DNA of 64,000 bases, taken from NCBI GenBank assembly GCA_016748015.1, contig JAAOMT010000134.1:192757-256756 (forward strand), given 5' to 3'. Made by a program: the position numbers and the translations under genes. Positions 33,038 through 46,959 of this stretch are shown here, piece after piece (position 1 is the stretch's first letter; every line of letters starts with the position of its first letter). The notes below the pieces were generated by a model. That model was not told the origin of the DNA and made no database searches. It worked only from the letters and a program-made list of their open reading frames with translations. This stretch comes from Geosiphon pyriformis uo1. Taxonomy: Eukaryota; Fungi; Glomeromycota.

Positions 33038-35085
33038 GATAGATGTGCAATAATTTGTTTTTCCAATAAAGCATCCAAATTGGCTGTTATTAGTTCTGTT
33101 TCAGTTTTTAAGAGTGTAAATTTGTGTTAAGCTGGTCTGTTTTTGGCTTGCTATGCATGATGCAAACAATTTGGTTATGTTTTTAGTATATATTCTGTAA
33201 ATGAGAATTCTGGTGTTCATGATAAATGTGTGATAACTCTTCAAAATTGGACATATTTAGCCAATATATATAAGAAAAAACAGGTGCCAATTGTTCATTT
33301 AGTGTTTTTTGGTAGTAAAACATGGATTTAAGTTGCTAGTGATTCTACTTTTTGTGTGATGTCTTTGATTTCTCTTAGTACTGGTTTATCTTTAAATAAT
33401 AAAATTCTTCTGCTGGTTTTTTTGGAAATAAATAATAGGTTTGCCACTTTTGAGCACAGTTTTGTTAGTTTTGTAGAGAAAATAAACAAGCTAACTAAGA
33501 GGTTAAATACACTCATGTCAATAGTTTTCTAGCTTAGCCCTAAATATCAGCCATTGGTGATTTTTTCATCACAAAATCAAGAGATAGATACAATAATAAG
33601 TGAAAGTTCAAGTGTGATTACTAGTAGTAAAACTATTGCAGAAATGGTAAGTATTAATATTTTGGTTGTTTCAAGACTAGAAAAGACTTTGAACAGCTTA
33701 TCAAATATAATTATAAATCTAATAGCCAAAATAAACAATGTTGACTTGAGTGTAAAAGATCTCTCCTTTCAATAACATATTTAGTTTGGAAATTTGCTAT
33801 ATGTAATGTTCAGAATATCAATGTTACTGTCAAACAGAAAAACATTGTTTATTGACATGTGAATTCAGAAAATATGGTTTCAATTATCACAGAAACTAAG
33901 TTAAAACCTGGCATTAAGCCATGAATTATGAATAAGTTTAATACAGTTAGGATTTTTTCATTTGGTTTGAACATGGGGTTTCTTGATGCTAGAGTGGTCG
34001 TTATTATGAATAATTTTCTGGCATATCATGTATCTAAGATTGAAGAGATTTCTGGTTGGGTTATTTTAGTGCAGTTTTTTTTTTAAAACAAGCTCTTGGT
34101 CATGTTTTTGGGTCTGTATACTGGTATTTTAGCTAAGATCAGATTCGATCAGACTGCAAAAATCAACTTCTTTATTATTAAGGCCATTAATTCTAGTATT
34201 TTTGTAGTTCTGAATGGGGATTTCAATGAAAATAGGTTTAAGAAAAGTATAAGTTTCAAATTCTGCTCAAATTTGAATTTGGTTAATTCTTTTGATAAGC
34301 ATTTACTGATCAAAGCTCCTACTTGAAGCAATTTGAGAGACACTAAAAAAGTTATTAATTACATTTTTATGAGTAAAAATTTGTCATCTATGGTGGCCAA
34401 TCATATGGTTAATCCTGTTTCTGAGTTTTTTAATACAGATTACAAGACTGTTTTGGTTTTGATCAGTTTGAGTAGTTTTTTAGATGTTTAGTTAAATAGC
34501 TTATGCAAACAGGCCAACAAAAATTATTGAAAGTTTAAAATTAAAGATGTTAATAATACTAAATAAAAAAAGTTTAAAGATTGTGCTTTAGCCAAATTTT
34601 TAGTAGTAGAGATTAGATTTTTTGTAGCTGGAACTTGTGGTAACTTGGATACTATGTGGAAGTTATTAAAGAAGATAATGGTGGAGTCAACTAATAAGAT
34701 GTTTTCTAAACATTGGTTTAATAAATTTAAGTGTTTTAAAAACAGACACTCTTCAAAATTTTTTGGGTTGAAATTGTTAGTTACCAAAATTATTAAAAAG
34801 TTGAGCTCAAGTAACATGCTTGGATTTGATTGTCTTGTTAAGAAATAATCAACTTTGGATGACAATAAGACTCTTAAGATTATAGATGTGGTTTAGAATA
34901 GTGAAAATTTAATGGTTATTCTCAAGTATTTGTTAATATTTTATAAAAAGTACAGAAAGTTCAAGCTTTATGAATTAAAATTAACTAAAAAAATGTCTAT
35001 TAGAAAGACAATTAAGAAACACATAAAAAGTTTTTGTTTTAATAAAAAGAGCATGATCAAAAGTATTCTGAATTGGCTCTTTTAC
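33038..35085 (+). mobile_element. LINE copy E continued (end of ORF1, ORF2 APE region), cut by the LTR at 35086
   Basis: LVWKFAICNV, ITETKL, LNGDFNEN and MIKSILNWLFY are colinear with copy B. Confidence 0.87.
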
Positions 35086-36670
35086 TGTTACAGATAATTA
35101 TTTGAGATCTGAAAACAAATAACAAATCTGTAACTTGGTGCTTAATATGTAATATGGTAAGTAATATCTAAAGATTTTTGTATTTGAAGGTTTTAGTTAA
35201 GTCCTTTGTATAATAAACAAAGATTCAATGTTAATATTTTGGTGTAATTGTTTTTAGTTTTTTCTCCAACCCTCAAGTTAGTATGCATTGTTATTCATAG
35301 TTATTTAAAATAATTATTTTGTCAATTTTTTTTTCAGCTTAATGACCAGTTCTCTAATAAGTTATTCCTTAATTTCAAGTGTTTACCCTTATTTCTGGGT
35401 CTTTTACCAATTTTTTTTAATGTCAATAATTTCTCATATTTTAATTTTTCAATCAATTAGTAAACAACACAACAAAAAAAAATAAAATAAAAAATAAAAT
35501 AAAATAAATGAAAATAAAATTAATATCTCATTAATAGCCATGATTAAGAGTTATTGTTTTAGTATAGTTAAGTGTTAGAGTCTATTAATATGAAGTGTTG
35601 ATAGAATAGAAAGGATTAATATTCTTTAATCAAATGATAATAACATAGATTCAAGTAATAATTAATAATTTATTAATATGTGATATGGATTTGAATTGCT
35701 TCTAACTGGATGTTTTTACTATAAATTTTAGCTGAAGATCCTGTCTTTTCTGCTTTTAATACTCTTACTATATATATATAATTGATGTTTTACAAAATTT
35801 TACACATTTGTGAACAATGTGTTATAATTTCTTAAGCAATGTGCCATAATTTACTAATATTGCTTATATTGTTAAACAATGTGCCATAATTTACTAGCAA
35901 TGTACTCATGTGTTCAATACTATTCTTTTATTGATCTATTTTTCTTATTTGTTTTTTTACTATTCTCTTGTGCTTTTTCTATAAGTAATATTATCTTATC
36001 TTTTTTTAATATTAAGCTTTGTTAAAATCTTCATTTTGAATAAATTCTACTACTTTTTTTTCTAACACTATTTGTTCAACTCTGTTTTTTATTTTTTCAA
36101 CTTGTAAGTTGTTTATTCTTTTTTATTGTTTAATGGTTATTGTTTCCATTTTTGGGTGTAGTAATATTTTTGGATAATTTTGGAATATGGTGTATAGCCA
36201 ATAGATTGTTTTAATATCAAGTAATAAGTTTGTTTTCTTTTCAATAAAGTCTTTAATTTGCTGTATTATTTCTTGATTGAATATTTTTTTGGATTTTTTG
36301 GTATATAGTTCTTGAATATTTAGCTTTTGTCCTAATTAATAGTAACAATATGGTATTGAAAGTTGTTTTGTTCAGTGTTTTCAACTTTTTTTCATTAGCT
36401 TTTCTGTTGAAATAATAATAAATATTTTTCCAAAAGTATTTTTTATTTTTTTATTATTATATCTGACCAATGTTTTATTAAGTTTAGTGGTTGCTAATAT
36501 GGTGTATTTCTTGCTTTTTTTCTTTTTTTGGTGTTTCAATAACAGATTGTTTGGTAGTTAATAACAATTTTTATATCCAATTGTTGTTAATTTACAGCTT
36601 GGAATAATTGTTAAGCCATTGAGTGGATGTATCTGAGATTTCTATTTTCTGTTTGTTGCTTTTGTTGTAT
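35086..36670 (-). mobile_element. Truncated F-related Gypsy: 3' LTR (35086-35990), PPT and ORF3 remnant
   Basis: The TGTTACAG start and the U5/R region are homologous to the F LTR. The adjoining 36020-36670 is homologous to 16160-16800. Confidence 0.8.
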
Positions 36671-38490
36671 TATTACAGATGATTATTTGGGTGGTTAGAA
36701 TAAATAACAAACTTGTAACTGGTGCTCAATAGCTAATATGGTTGATAATTCTGAAGGTTTTGGTTAAATTCTTTGTATAATAGACAAAAATTCAATAATT
36801 GTGTTAGTAGTCTTTTGAAATTGCAATTTCATCAAATTTTTTTCTTTAATGTAGTAGCTAGTTTATTTTAATAGTTATGTCCTTCTGGTAAGCTATCTGT
36901 AATTTTTTAAACTCTATACTCTTCTTTTGGAATTTTTTATCAGGCTATTCTTGATGTCAATTACTCAATGCTTAATTTTTTTAATCAATTAGTAAATTAA
37001 CAAACAACAAAAAAATAAAAAAAATAAAAAAAAATAAAAAAAATAAAAAAATAAAAATAAAAATTAGTATCTTATTAATAACCATGATCAAAAGCTATTG
37101 TTCCAGTGTAGTTAAGTATTGACTTCTATTAACATAGAATATTGATAAAGTAGAGATGATTTAATATTCTTTAATTAAGTAATAATAACATGGATTCAAG
37201 TAGTAATAGATAATTTATTGATATGTAATATAGATTTAAACTGCTTCTAACTGAGTGTTCTTGCTATAGATTTTAGCTTGGAAATTCTGTTTTTTTTGCT
37301 TCTAACATTCTTGCCATATATACATAATTAATGTTCTATGAGATCTTACACATTTGTAAGCAATATGCTATAGTTTTTTGAACAATGCTTATATTGCTAA
37401 GTGATGTGCTCTAATCTACTGACATTGTTTACATTGCTGAACAATGTGTTATAATTTACTAACATTGTTTACATTGCTGAGCAATATGCTATAATTTGCT
37501 GATATTGCTCACATTGTTAAGCAATATACCATAATTTACCAGTAATATGCTTATGTGCTCAATACTTTTCTTTTATTGGTTTATTTTTCCTATTATTTCT
37601 TTTGTGTTCTTTTTTATAAGTAATATTATTTTCTCTTTTTTAATATTAAACTTCATTAAAATTTTTATTTTGAATTAATTCTACTATTTTTTTTTCTAAT
37701 ACTGTTTATTTAACTTTAGTTCTTATGTTGTCTACTTGTAAGTTATTCATTTTTTCTCATTAGTTAATAGTTATTGTTTTCATTTTTGAATGTAGTAGTA
37801 TTTTTGGATAATTTTGAAATATAATATATAGCCAATAGATTGTTTTAATGTAAAGTAATAAGTTTGTCTTCTTTCCAATAAAGTCTTCAATTTGTTGTAT
37901 TATTTTTTAATTGGATATTTTTTTAGATTTGTCAATATATAGTTTTTAAATATTCAGCTTTTGTTTTAACTAATAGTAACAGTATAATATTGAAAATTGT
38001 TTTGTTTAGTGTTTCTAACTTTCATTTGTTAGCTTTTCTATTGGCACAATTATAGGTATTTTTCCAAAAAGTATTCTTTACTTTTTCTATTATTTTATCT
38101 AATCAATGTTTTATTAAGTTCAGTGATTATTAATATGGTGTATTTTTTGTTTTTCTTCTTCTTTTGGTGTTCCAATAGCAGATTGTTTGGTAGTTAATAA
38201 CAATTTTTATATCCAATTGTTATTAATTTACAGCTTGAAATAATTGTTGAACTATTGAGTAAATGTGATCTGGAATTTCTATTTTTCTGTTGTTGCTTTT
38301 GTTACATATACTGTGTTTTTTTTATATTGTTTTGGTTAATTACTTTGACATATTTATATCAATAATTATAATTGGTTCTAAATCTCATAGAATCTTATTT
38401 GGTTGGACTAATATTTGTTGTATTCTCAGTTGTGAAATATTACTGGTGAATAATAAGCAGAATCAAATTTAGATATAATGGTTTTTAATT
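36671..38490 (-). mobile_element. Second truncated F-related Gypsy: 3' LTR (36671-37625), ORF3 remnant and integrase tail
   Basis: Near-duplicate of 35086-36670. 38360-38480 matches the F integrase tail (DLEPIIII). Confidence 0.8.
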
Positions 38491-38499
38491 TTTTTTATT

Positions 38500-40160
38500 C
38501 TTTTAGTAAACTTTTAATTAATATATTTTTTGCTTTATCATAAAATTAGTAAACACATAACTGGTTTCATTTTTTGAATTTTTGAACTTATCTATTTGAA
38601 AATTACATTTTATTTTCATGTATATTAAGAAGTTTGGCAAATTTTTTTCTTTTTTTTTTAATTAGTTAATCATTAAATTTAATAGTAATTGCAATTATTT
38701 ATTCTATCTTATAACTTAAAACTTGGTTTAATAATAAAAATTTAATGCTTTTATGTTAAATAAATTTTTCTGAAATTTCATTAATTTCAATATTCAACTA
38801 CTTTATATGTTTTTTAATTATCTTGGAAATAATTGAATATTTATGATTAAAGTAAGCTACAATATTATTATGTTTTATGTTATAATAGTTTTTGAAATAT
38901 TGATAATTTTTTTTATGAAAAACATTATTAACTGTTGTTCATTTTTGTTTTTTAAATAAAAATTCTAATATTGTAATAATTTAGCAAGTCTGTTAGAAAA
39001 TATGTTTATAATAATAATATTAGATTTGGTTTAAATAAGTGTAAATTAAAACATAATAGAAAATAAATAACCATATATAAAAACAGACAAAATTAAAAAG
39101 AATAAGTCTAATATAAATTAATTTAAACAAAAATTAGAATAAAATTACTTTAATATATTTTAAATTTTTTTCCAATTATTAATTAACATCTAGTATATAA
39201 TATTTGTTTTATATAAAGATAAATTTCGAATAAATATTTGATAAAATTATGTTTTTGTTTCTTTATATATTGTTTTTATATAAAAAAAAAATTGGTAATT
39301 AATTAATTAGCTCTATAAAAAATGTTTTTTATAAGAGATTATTTTTTTATCAAAGATTTTTTATGAAAGTCTAACTATATTAGATATATAAGTAAAATTA
39401 TAATTAATTTACATTCTTATTTTATGATATTTTTGTATTATTGTTTGCCTATTGCTATTTATAAATACTTATATAATAAGAAATACTTTAGTGTTTTGTG
39501 TTTATATTATAGAAAAATTGAGTTTTTAAATTATTTTTTTCTTATAGAATAAATTTTGGCTTTTATAAAAGTTTACTAAAATTATATACTGCTTTATGAA
39601 AATTTATGTTCAATCTAATCTGGTTTTTATTATGAATTTTATAATTGTTGTTGTTATATAAGTTTAATAATACTATTTATATTGTTTTAAACAAAGATTA
39701 TATATTTAAAAATTAATATGCAAAAGCTTTTTTAATTATTAAAAATTCAAAATTAGCTATTACTAAAATAATGAATTTTGTGTATGATTTAAATACTTTT
39801 TATTATAATAAAATTTAACTAGTTTAATTTAAGTATAAAACAATTATAAAAAAAAATAGTTTAATATTCTATAGTTTTATATTTTTTATGGTTTATGGTT
39901 TTTTGTTAAAACTCTCTAATAATATTGTTTAATTTTTGAAAATTGCTAAATCTTTTAGTATTTGTTTTGAATTATATAAGCTATTTTTTTTATAAGTATT
40001 AATAATTTTATTAGTGTTATAATAAGTATATAATATTGTCTTAATTGACTTAAATAGTTGATTACATATAAAAAGTACATAATTTACACTTAATTTAGAT
40101 CAATTAATTTAATGTATTGTATTAAATATGTTTAAATCTTACTTATTAAATAAAATAAAA
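38500..40160 (+). mobile_element. Extremely decayed LINE 3' part (RNase H to 3'UTR)
   Basis: 39420-39540 aligns with the reverse complement of 47580-47700. A 3'UTR remnant is at 40015-40160. Confidence 0.7.
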
Positions 40161-41480
40161 ATATTATTAAGCAATTTTAATAATTGTAAATAAAAATATT
40201 ACTAATTGTTTTAAAAAACAAAAAAGTTACAACTTTTTTACTTTTTGCTTTAATTGTGATTATAAAAATATAAAAGAAAATTTTTTTTTACTTTAATTTA
40301 AAAATAAGAATAAATTTGTTAAATTTGTATTTTTTTATTTTATTTTTAATAAGTATTATCTATTACAATACAACATAAATATTTTAAACTAAATGTAACT
40401 TATGTTATTACAACATATAACCAGCTATTTGGACTAATCAAAACTACACTATGTATTCAAAACAACTGAAAGATTATTTAAATCTAAGAAAAACAAACAT
40501 TCTTCTTAAAACCAAAACTGATTATATGTTCTTTAACAACACTTGATCGAGTGGCTGGTCATGTGTAGAAAAAGCATGAGCCACACTTATTTTGGAATCT
40601 TTCGTGGTTACAATTTTGGATAAATAATTAGTGTATAAGAATAAATAACAATTGCCAATAATTGCAACAAATTGTATATTGGTTTAAATTTTAATCATAG
40701 TTCAAATTGTTCAATAAGTTGCTTAATTATTACTTCTGAATCAGGACATCAAAAAGAAAGTAGAGATGCGGGATCGGTTGGCCTTGATGTTCATGATTAC
40801 CCGTCCATCCGACAATTGTCGAGCAAGGATATCGATCTTCGGTAGTCTGAGCTTGAACATGTTGATATCCTTAATTGAATCCACGTCTTTTTTGATTTAT
40901 TCCTAGTGGATATTCGAAAGACTGAAGAAAAACATTCAATAATCAGGAACCATCACAACATATCCAAGCGTTGCGCAAATAATGTGTCGCATATATGTTG
41001 TACATCGACTTGGACACGGTCGGCTTATTACGAGCTGACCGTAAGGCAAATTGGTCGTCCTTGCCGTAGTCACGGGAGTATATTCCCCTTTTCGAGATTT
41101 CAACAGGCTTTATACTGACAGCAACAACTGGGAAAATTTTACTTTTTGCAGCCTGTTTGATTCCGTCAGAACTATTCTTTTCCAGTAATCCCAAACGCCA
41201 GAGCCGTGCCGTCTTTACCTGAAAGAGTGGAAGCGACAACACCTGAAGGTGAAAGCTGTAAAAAAAAGTCGAAATGTCAATGGCGATCATGAGATATAGA
41301 TTCCAGTTGGTTACCTCAAATATGTTAGCTAACACATTTTGGGTAAGACCTTTTAATTTGATTAGAATAACGTAATAAACGCGTCTTAAAATTCCACTAT
41401 TCTTTTGCACTTTCAAAATTTATTACCAAAAGCCAAATACAATTCGTCCTCTTATTTACAAAATTAGTGATATTCTCAAA

Positions 41481-42817
41481 ATGTCAACTAAAGTGAGCTC
41501 AAAACGCGAAAAACCTACGTCTCAAGTATCTGATGATAACGAAAGTCCCAACCCAACCAAACGTCAAAAAACTGACATCCCCACAAACAAAAGTTTACCA
41601 GATCCCTTAAATCTTCCTGCAAAATCTCCTAGAACGTGGAAGCTTGCAAGTTTCAACGTTTCCGGGTTAAACGCAGCCATGAAAAAGGTAATAATAATCT
41701 TGATATGTTTTGAAGAAGATTCATCGTGAAAAACGCGTCTATCCAGTACAATGTTGAGGCATATCGCATTTGTTCAGGGCTTAAAAACTTATCTTGAGGC
41801 TGAAGACGCCGACATCATTACCTTACAAGAGACAAAGGTCAACGAACCGGTAAATGGCGTGGTTGATGTCGGGAAATATATATGTCGTGAATGGGCATTT
41901 GAAGAAAAAAAAGGATATGGTGTGTTGTCTCTAAAGTTTCTGTGCCATTTTATGAGATCTGCCGATATTCGTTGGATAATAGGGAAAAAATATATCTAGG
42001 AGGAGTGGTTGTATTTTCCAAGATCCGACCGATTTCAATTAAACGTGGTCTGCCGACCCACCCAAAACCAAACTCGACAAGGGGTCGAATCATCACCCTG
42101 GAGTTCTCTACCATATACTATATCGCCGTTTATGTCCCTAATGCTGGGGCCAAATTGGTTAGATTGAAGGAACGTGTCGAATGGGATAAGGCTATGCGCG
42201 AGTATTTGTGGCAATTGGATCAACAAAAACCGATCATTTTGGCAGGGTAATAAATCTGTCGGTCATTCGAAACCTTGATAATTGTACATGGGGTTTTGTG
42301 ATTTTATTGATCATTCTATCATTACGTTCTTCATATTCATAAGTGATTTAAATGTAGCGCACAAAGAAATTGACCTGGCACGTCCAAAGGGAAATCACAA
42401 GTAACTTTGAATGAATTTGACCATCTCTTTCTTGCACTTCCTTCATAGTTTTTCATAATTTCAGAACCCCCGGGTTTACACCTGAAGAACGTAAAGGGTT
42501 TGAAACTTTATTGAATGATGGTCAGACCAAATTCATAGATACTTGGCGTCATTTAAATCCGGGCATAACGGGGATTTACACATATTACTCTTATAAATTT
42601 CAATGTCGCACTAAAGGAATTGGATGGCGTTTGGATTATCATGTAGTTAGTGAGCGACTTTTGGAACGAGTTGTTGCTAGCGAAATAAGGTACAAAATGC
42701 GTCTCATTTCTCATCTTTGATCAATCTAGTTTCTGATGAGAAATCAATTATAGAAGCGAATGTTACGGCCCAAGTGATCACGTGCCAATTGTACTTTTGA
42801 TTAAGGATGATTTGTAG
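41481..42817 (+). CDS. APEX1: AP endonuclease / exodeoxyribonuclease III family, APE1-like (6 exons: 41481-41687, 41778-41919, 42000-42246, 42344-42400, 42465-42689, 42754-42817)
   Basis: GT-AG introns give a continuous frame with SFNVSGL, LQETK, YVPNAG, GDLNVAH, GFTPEER, WRLDY and SDHVP. Confidence 0.93.
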
Positions 42818-43123
42818 AAAATCGTAGTGGGTGCACATTTCATTTTACCGTATTATAATTTCGGATGAGTAAACCAAGCACCTTTAAAATAATTTCCATT
42901 TTTCCATGACTAAAATTATGCATGAATAGCCAATTTAAATAGTACTGATAATTGTTTGTTGAAATAATCAAAGCAGTCAAGTACAACATCAGACCATTTA
43001 TAAACTTTCCAACGTTTCCATATTATTATCGAGCAACAGGAAGATCCAAGCGTAGCCCCTGAAAGCATTAGGATCTGTTATCTGTGTTGGCTACTTTATG
43101 TTGAGTCCTCCGATTTTAAACAT

Positions 43124-44726
43124 TTAAATATCCTCAAAATCATCCTCTACCCCGTTAATGGCGGTAAAAAAGAACATCAGAAGGTTACTTGTAAAATGCA
43201 TTTCGAAACCTCCATACAAGCTTCCAATTCCATAATTGTCGAACCAGCTTCTCTGTCGTCTTCTGTTCTGATTTGGCAAATACTGTTGACTGATGCCCTC
43301 TTCCAGAATTATCCTATAGAGGCAATCAATCATACCTACGTACGGAGCTTGACGCGTCTGTACAATCGTTTCGAAGCGCTTCCCTGGAGTACGTGAGCGA
43401 ATTTGACATTGCAAGCGTTTACGAACTGTTTCCAAAGGTAACGTGATAAGTAATTGTAAAGTGTGCAATCCTAATCGCGCAAGTCCATATAAAATTGGAG
43501 AATCAGCAGGAGAGATGTGAAAGACTCGGTCAATTATCAACGGAATGACGCACTCTAAGAGCGGAGATACAGCGTGATAAACAATTGAAGGTAACAGATT
43601 GTGAGACCAATACAGAGAAGAAAATCCTTCTTCAGATATAATTTTATAAAGACAATCCCATGGCCCGGCGTATTTTTTGTGAAGAGGGGAGGACGTCTGA
43701 ACGATCAGTCTAACTCGTCAAAGCAAGAGAAATTTGTGAACTTGAATTGAGCAGTTGGAAAAGGTGGGGTTCTACAATCCTGTTTTACCTCGTCTTTACC
43801 AATTCCAGAGGGCTAAGAAGTACACCGGCTATCACATGGCTTGCCACAAGAGTGGCAATATTAGGTCCGACATGATCCAAATAAACCAAAGGAATTGTAT
43901 CATCATACAAATCAAATGTATCATTTAATACTCCCTCGATAGTTGGTTGAAGAAATAGGTGTGACATCTCATAAACCCAATTGGTGAATTGGCCTTTATT
44001 AAATCAATGTACAAGCAAATGAGAATTTCAAACTATTGTCTCAAAAAACTCAAAGTGGCTGACCTTTCCAAAGTGATTTGTATCCCTCTGTTTTGTGCTT
44101 TGTTAACAAAGTTAAGGTGTTCAACACGCCTTTTTCTAAGGGAGGTAACATATAAATTGGTCGCGTTGATTCATCATAAACGTTAGTGTTCACAAGGTAG
44201 CCTTGATTGTCAGATGATCTATTCCTATGAGCTTCAGGGCTAATAGAAGAGTTAGATCGTCTGCTAAATATTTCGGCCTCATCATCAGACAACTAGGGAA
44301 AAGATATGAAAAACAAATTTAGGATTCTTTCCAAGATCAAAAATCGAAATACGGTCAGCTTACTTCGTCCTCCGACTCTACAACACCTCCCTCAGGTGGG
44401 ACCTGTACAACATCTTCGTTGGGCAGATATTGAACTTGTAAAAGAGTTTTAGCAACATCAAAAGGTTCGACAAACGCTGTGCTAAAGAATTTGAGAAAAG
44501 CAAAAGAGGCAAGCTCTTTTGCCGGATTGCTAGATTCTTCTATAGCTCCAAGTTTTCGGTCCGTGCCAGTCTTGTCTTCCAAATTGGTGTTGGACGTACC
44601 ATGAGACAGCGTATAGTAGTGGCTGGTATCGGTAGGAATATAGTACGGTCGAAGTGGGTGCACAGTAGTTGACTGTGGAAAGGGAGTGTATGTATACTTT
44701 GGGTTTGTTTTCGTTTCAACAGGCAT
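43124..44726 (-). CDS. UGO1: Ugo1/SLC25A46-like mitochondrial outer-membrane carrier-family fusion protein (exons 44726-44364, 44292-44064, 43993-43789, 43709-43124)
   Basis: N-terminal HPLRPYY, PFDVAKTLLQVQ followed by an acidic loop, EGYKSLWKG, SPLELVKTRL and PLETVRKRL. Introns are canonical. Confidence 0.85.
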
Positions 44727-44884
44727 CTTTCTATTAAACGAAATAAATTCAGTTATTCTGATAAAGTAATTTTTAAATCTCCTAGTTCATCATATCCATG
44801 AATCACGTGCATTTACACGAGATATTTTATCGATCGACTGTCTAATAACAATTTCGCCCGTCAAATTGAAAGAATCAAAAGATT
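44727..44884. promoter_or_regulatory. Compact divergent (bidirectional) promoter region
   Basis: 158 bp separate the two head-to-head ATGs. Contains a TCACGTG E-box at ~44803. Confidence 0.5.
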
Positions 44885-46501
44885 ATGAATAAATCGGATA
44901 ACGCCCAAGAAGCCTCAGAAGTAAGGTAATGGACGACTAATGTTTATTAAATTTTTTATGCATTGAGAATTACTTTTTAACTTATTTAAGGCTTCATATT
45001 GATGTTGTCCAACTGGAAGGATACCTTACTTCAAAAATCGCTGATTTCAAAGTACCATTGGAAATAAAACAATTCAGTCATGGCCTTAGTAATCCAACTT
45101 ATTTGCTGATTGATGCAAGGTATGAGAATTTATTTATTTTGTGCTGAAGATTGAGAACGATTTTACTTAATTCGTGCGCTTTTGTTTGAAGTAAAAAGCG
45201 ATATGTGCTTCGAAAGAAACCCCCGGGTTCACTTCTTTCTATTACCGCACACGCTGTTGAACGTGAATTCAGGGTGCTTGATGCCTTGGGTCGACGTACT
45301 GACGTTCCAGTCCCGAAAGTTTACCTTCTTTGTGAGGATTCCACAATTATCGGGACACCGTTTTATGCAAGAAGTTAACATTTTATTAAACTAGTAATTG
45401 GGAAATACACAAAACGCCTAAAGGCATTTTGAAAATGTAGGTGATGGAGTTTCTTGAGGGACGGATTTTTAAAGATATGCGATTACTTTCACTTTCAACA
45501 AACGATCGCAAATTATGGTATTTGAAAAATTTTCAAGGACATGCTTGTTTGGGTTCCTGGAAATTCCTTTTAATTGAACTAATAACTTCGGGTTTTTTAA
45601 TTGGGAGTTGGTATTCACTTGTAGAGACCCTGGCCAAAATTCACTCTGTTAAATATAAAGCTATTGACCTTGAAAGTTTTGGTAAACCTTCAGGATTTTA
45701 TTCACGTCAAATTCGTTCTTTGTCAAAAGTCTCGGCTGCTCAGGCAGCTGCAAAAGACGATGACAATATCGAAGTCGGGGCAATTCCTAGAGTTGACGAG
45801 ATAATTGAGTGGCTACAAAGGAATCAAGTACCTGATGAAACGACACTTGTGCATGGGGACTATAAGGTATTCAATACGAAATTTTCGTCTGATAATGGGA
45901 AACCTGATATATATAGAATTTTTTTATTTTCAGATGGATAATGTGGTGAGCCCATAATTCGATTACCGAAATATTGGCACATAGCATATATCATGAAAAT
46001 TTGTTTCTTGATAGATTTTCCACCCCACTGAACCACGAGTTATTGGAGTGCTTGATTGGGAATTGTCCACAATTGGTCATCCATTTTCGGATCTTGCCAA
46101 TCTTCTTATGCCTTACTATGTTCCAAGCAATGAGCTTGGACCTCTTGGGGGTTTTATTAATGAATCAAATCTCGAAGTTCCCTCGTTAGAAGAGTTGATG
46201 CGTCTATATTGTATAAAAACAAATAGGGAATACCCAATACCCAACTTTGATTTCGCTACAGTGTTTTCTTTTTTTAGGGTAAGAAGTCACTATTTAATGC
46301 TGACTCCTTATCTTTCTTTTAATCCAATCTATTTCGTCCTTTTAGTTATGTGTTATCACACAAGGAATCGCTGCTCGTGTGGCACGAAAACAGGCTAGCT
46401 CAGTTAGAGCCACGGAATTCGGTGGCTTGTTTCGAAAAGTGGCCAATTTAGCACTGAAAATTGTGGATCGTGGTGATTTAACCAACCCGAGCAAACTTTG
46501 A
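44885..46501 (+). CDS. Aminoglycoside-phosphotransferase/choline-kinase-like protein (ACAD10/11 N-terminal kinase type), stand-alone, with PTS1 (exons 44885-44925, 44991-45119, 45192-45366, 45441-45517, 45608-45867, 45934-45945, 46015-46278, 46346-46501)
   Basis: [60 protein letters not shown] and [12 protein letters not shown]. The protein ends SKL*. Confidence 0.9.
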
Positions 46502-46959
46502 ATGAAATATGTATGTAAAGGAATCAACTATGACTGCCGTTACACTGTTATTAAAGCTCTTGAAAATTTTCAGTTTAGAATGAATTGTTCAGCCAGCTTA
46601 ATAAGCCCTATCGATAAAGGTATCTAGACCTTCTGAACCATTCTTTTTGGAAATTTCACATTATAAGCATCATGAGTTGAAAGTAATTGAACTTTCAGGT
46701 TGATGGTTTCTTAGGGCATGTGAATCTTGAAGGGCTCTTAATAAAAATCCCTTAACATCATTTTGCTCATAGATCATAGCAAAGGCTTTCATAAGCACAT
46801 TTAAAGGGGTTATATTTTAACATCAAAGAAATTTTTGGGAAAAAAAAATAAAGCAAATTTTTTTAGATAATTAAGTTTAATTATTACTTGTTTATATAAT
46901 ATATATTGTTTATAAAATAAACTTAAATGTTTCAAGATTTTAAAAATATATATTTTTTT

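Noticed and set aside
41481-42817. APE gene as a domesticated LINE endonuclease
   Set aside because: It has five introns and cellular APE1/ExoIII motifs, and is unlike the local LINE APE domain.
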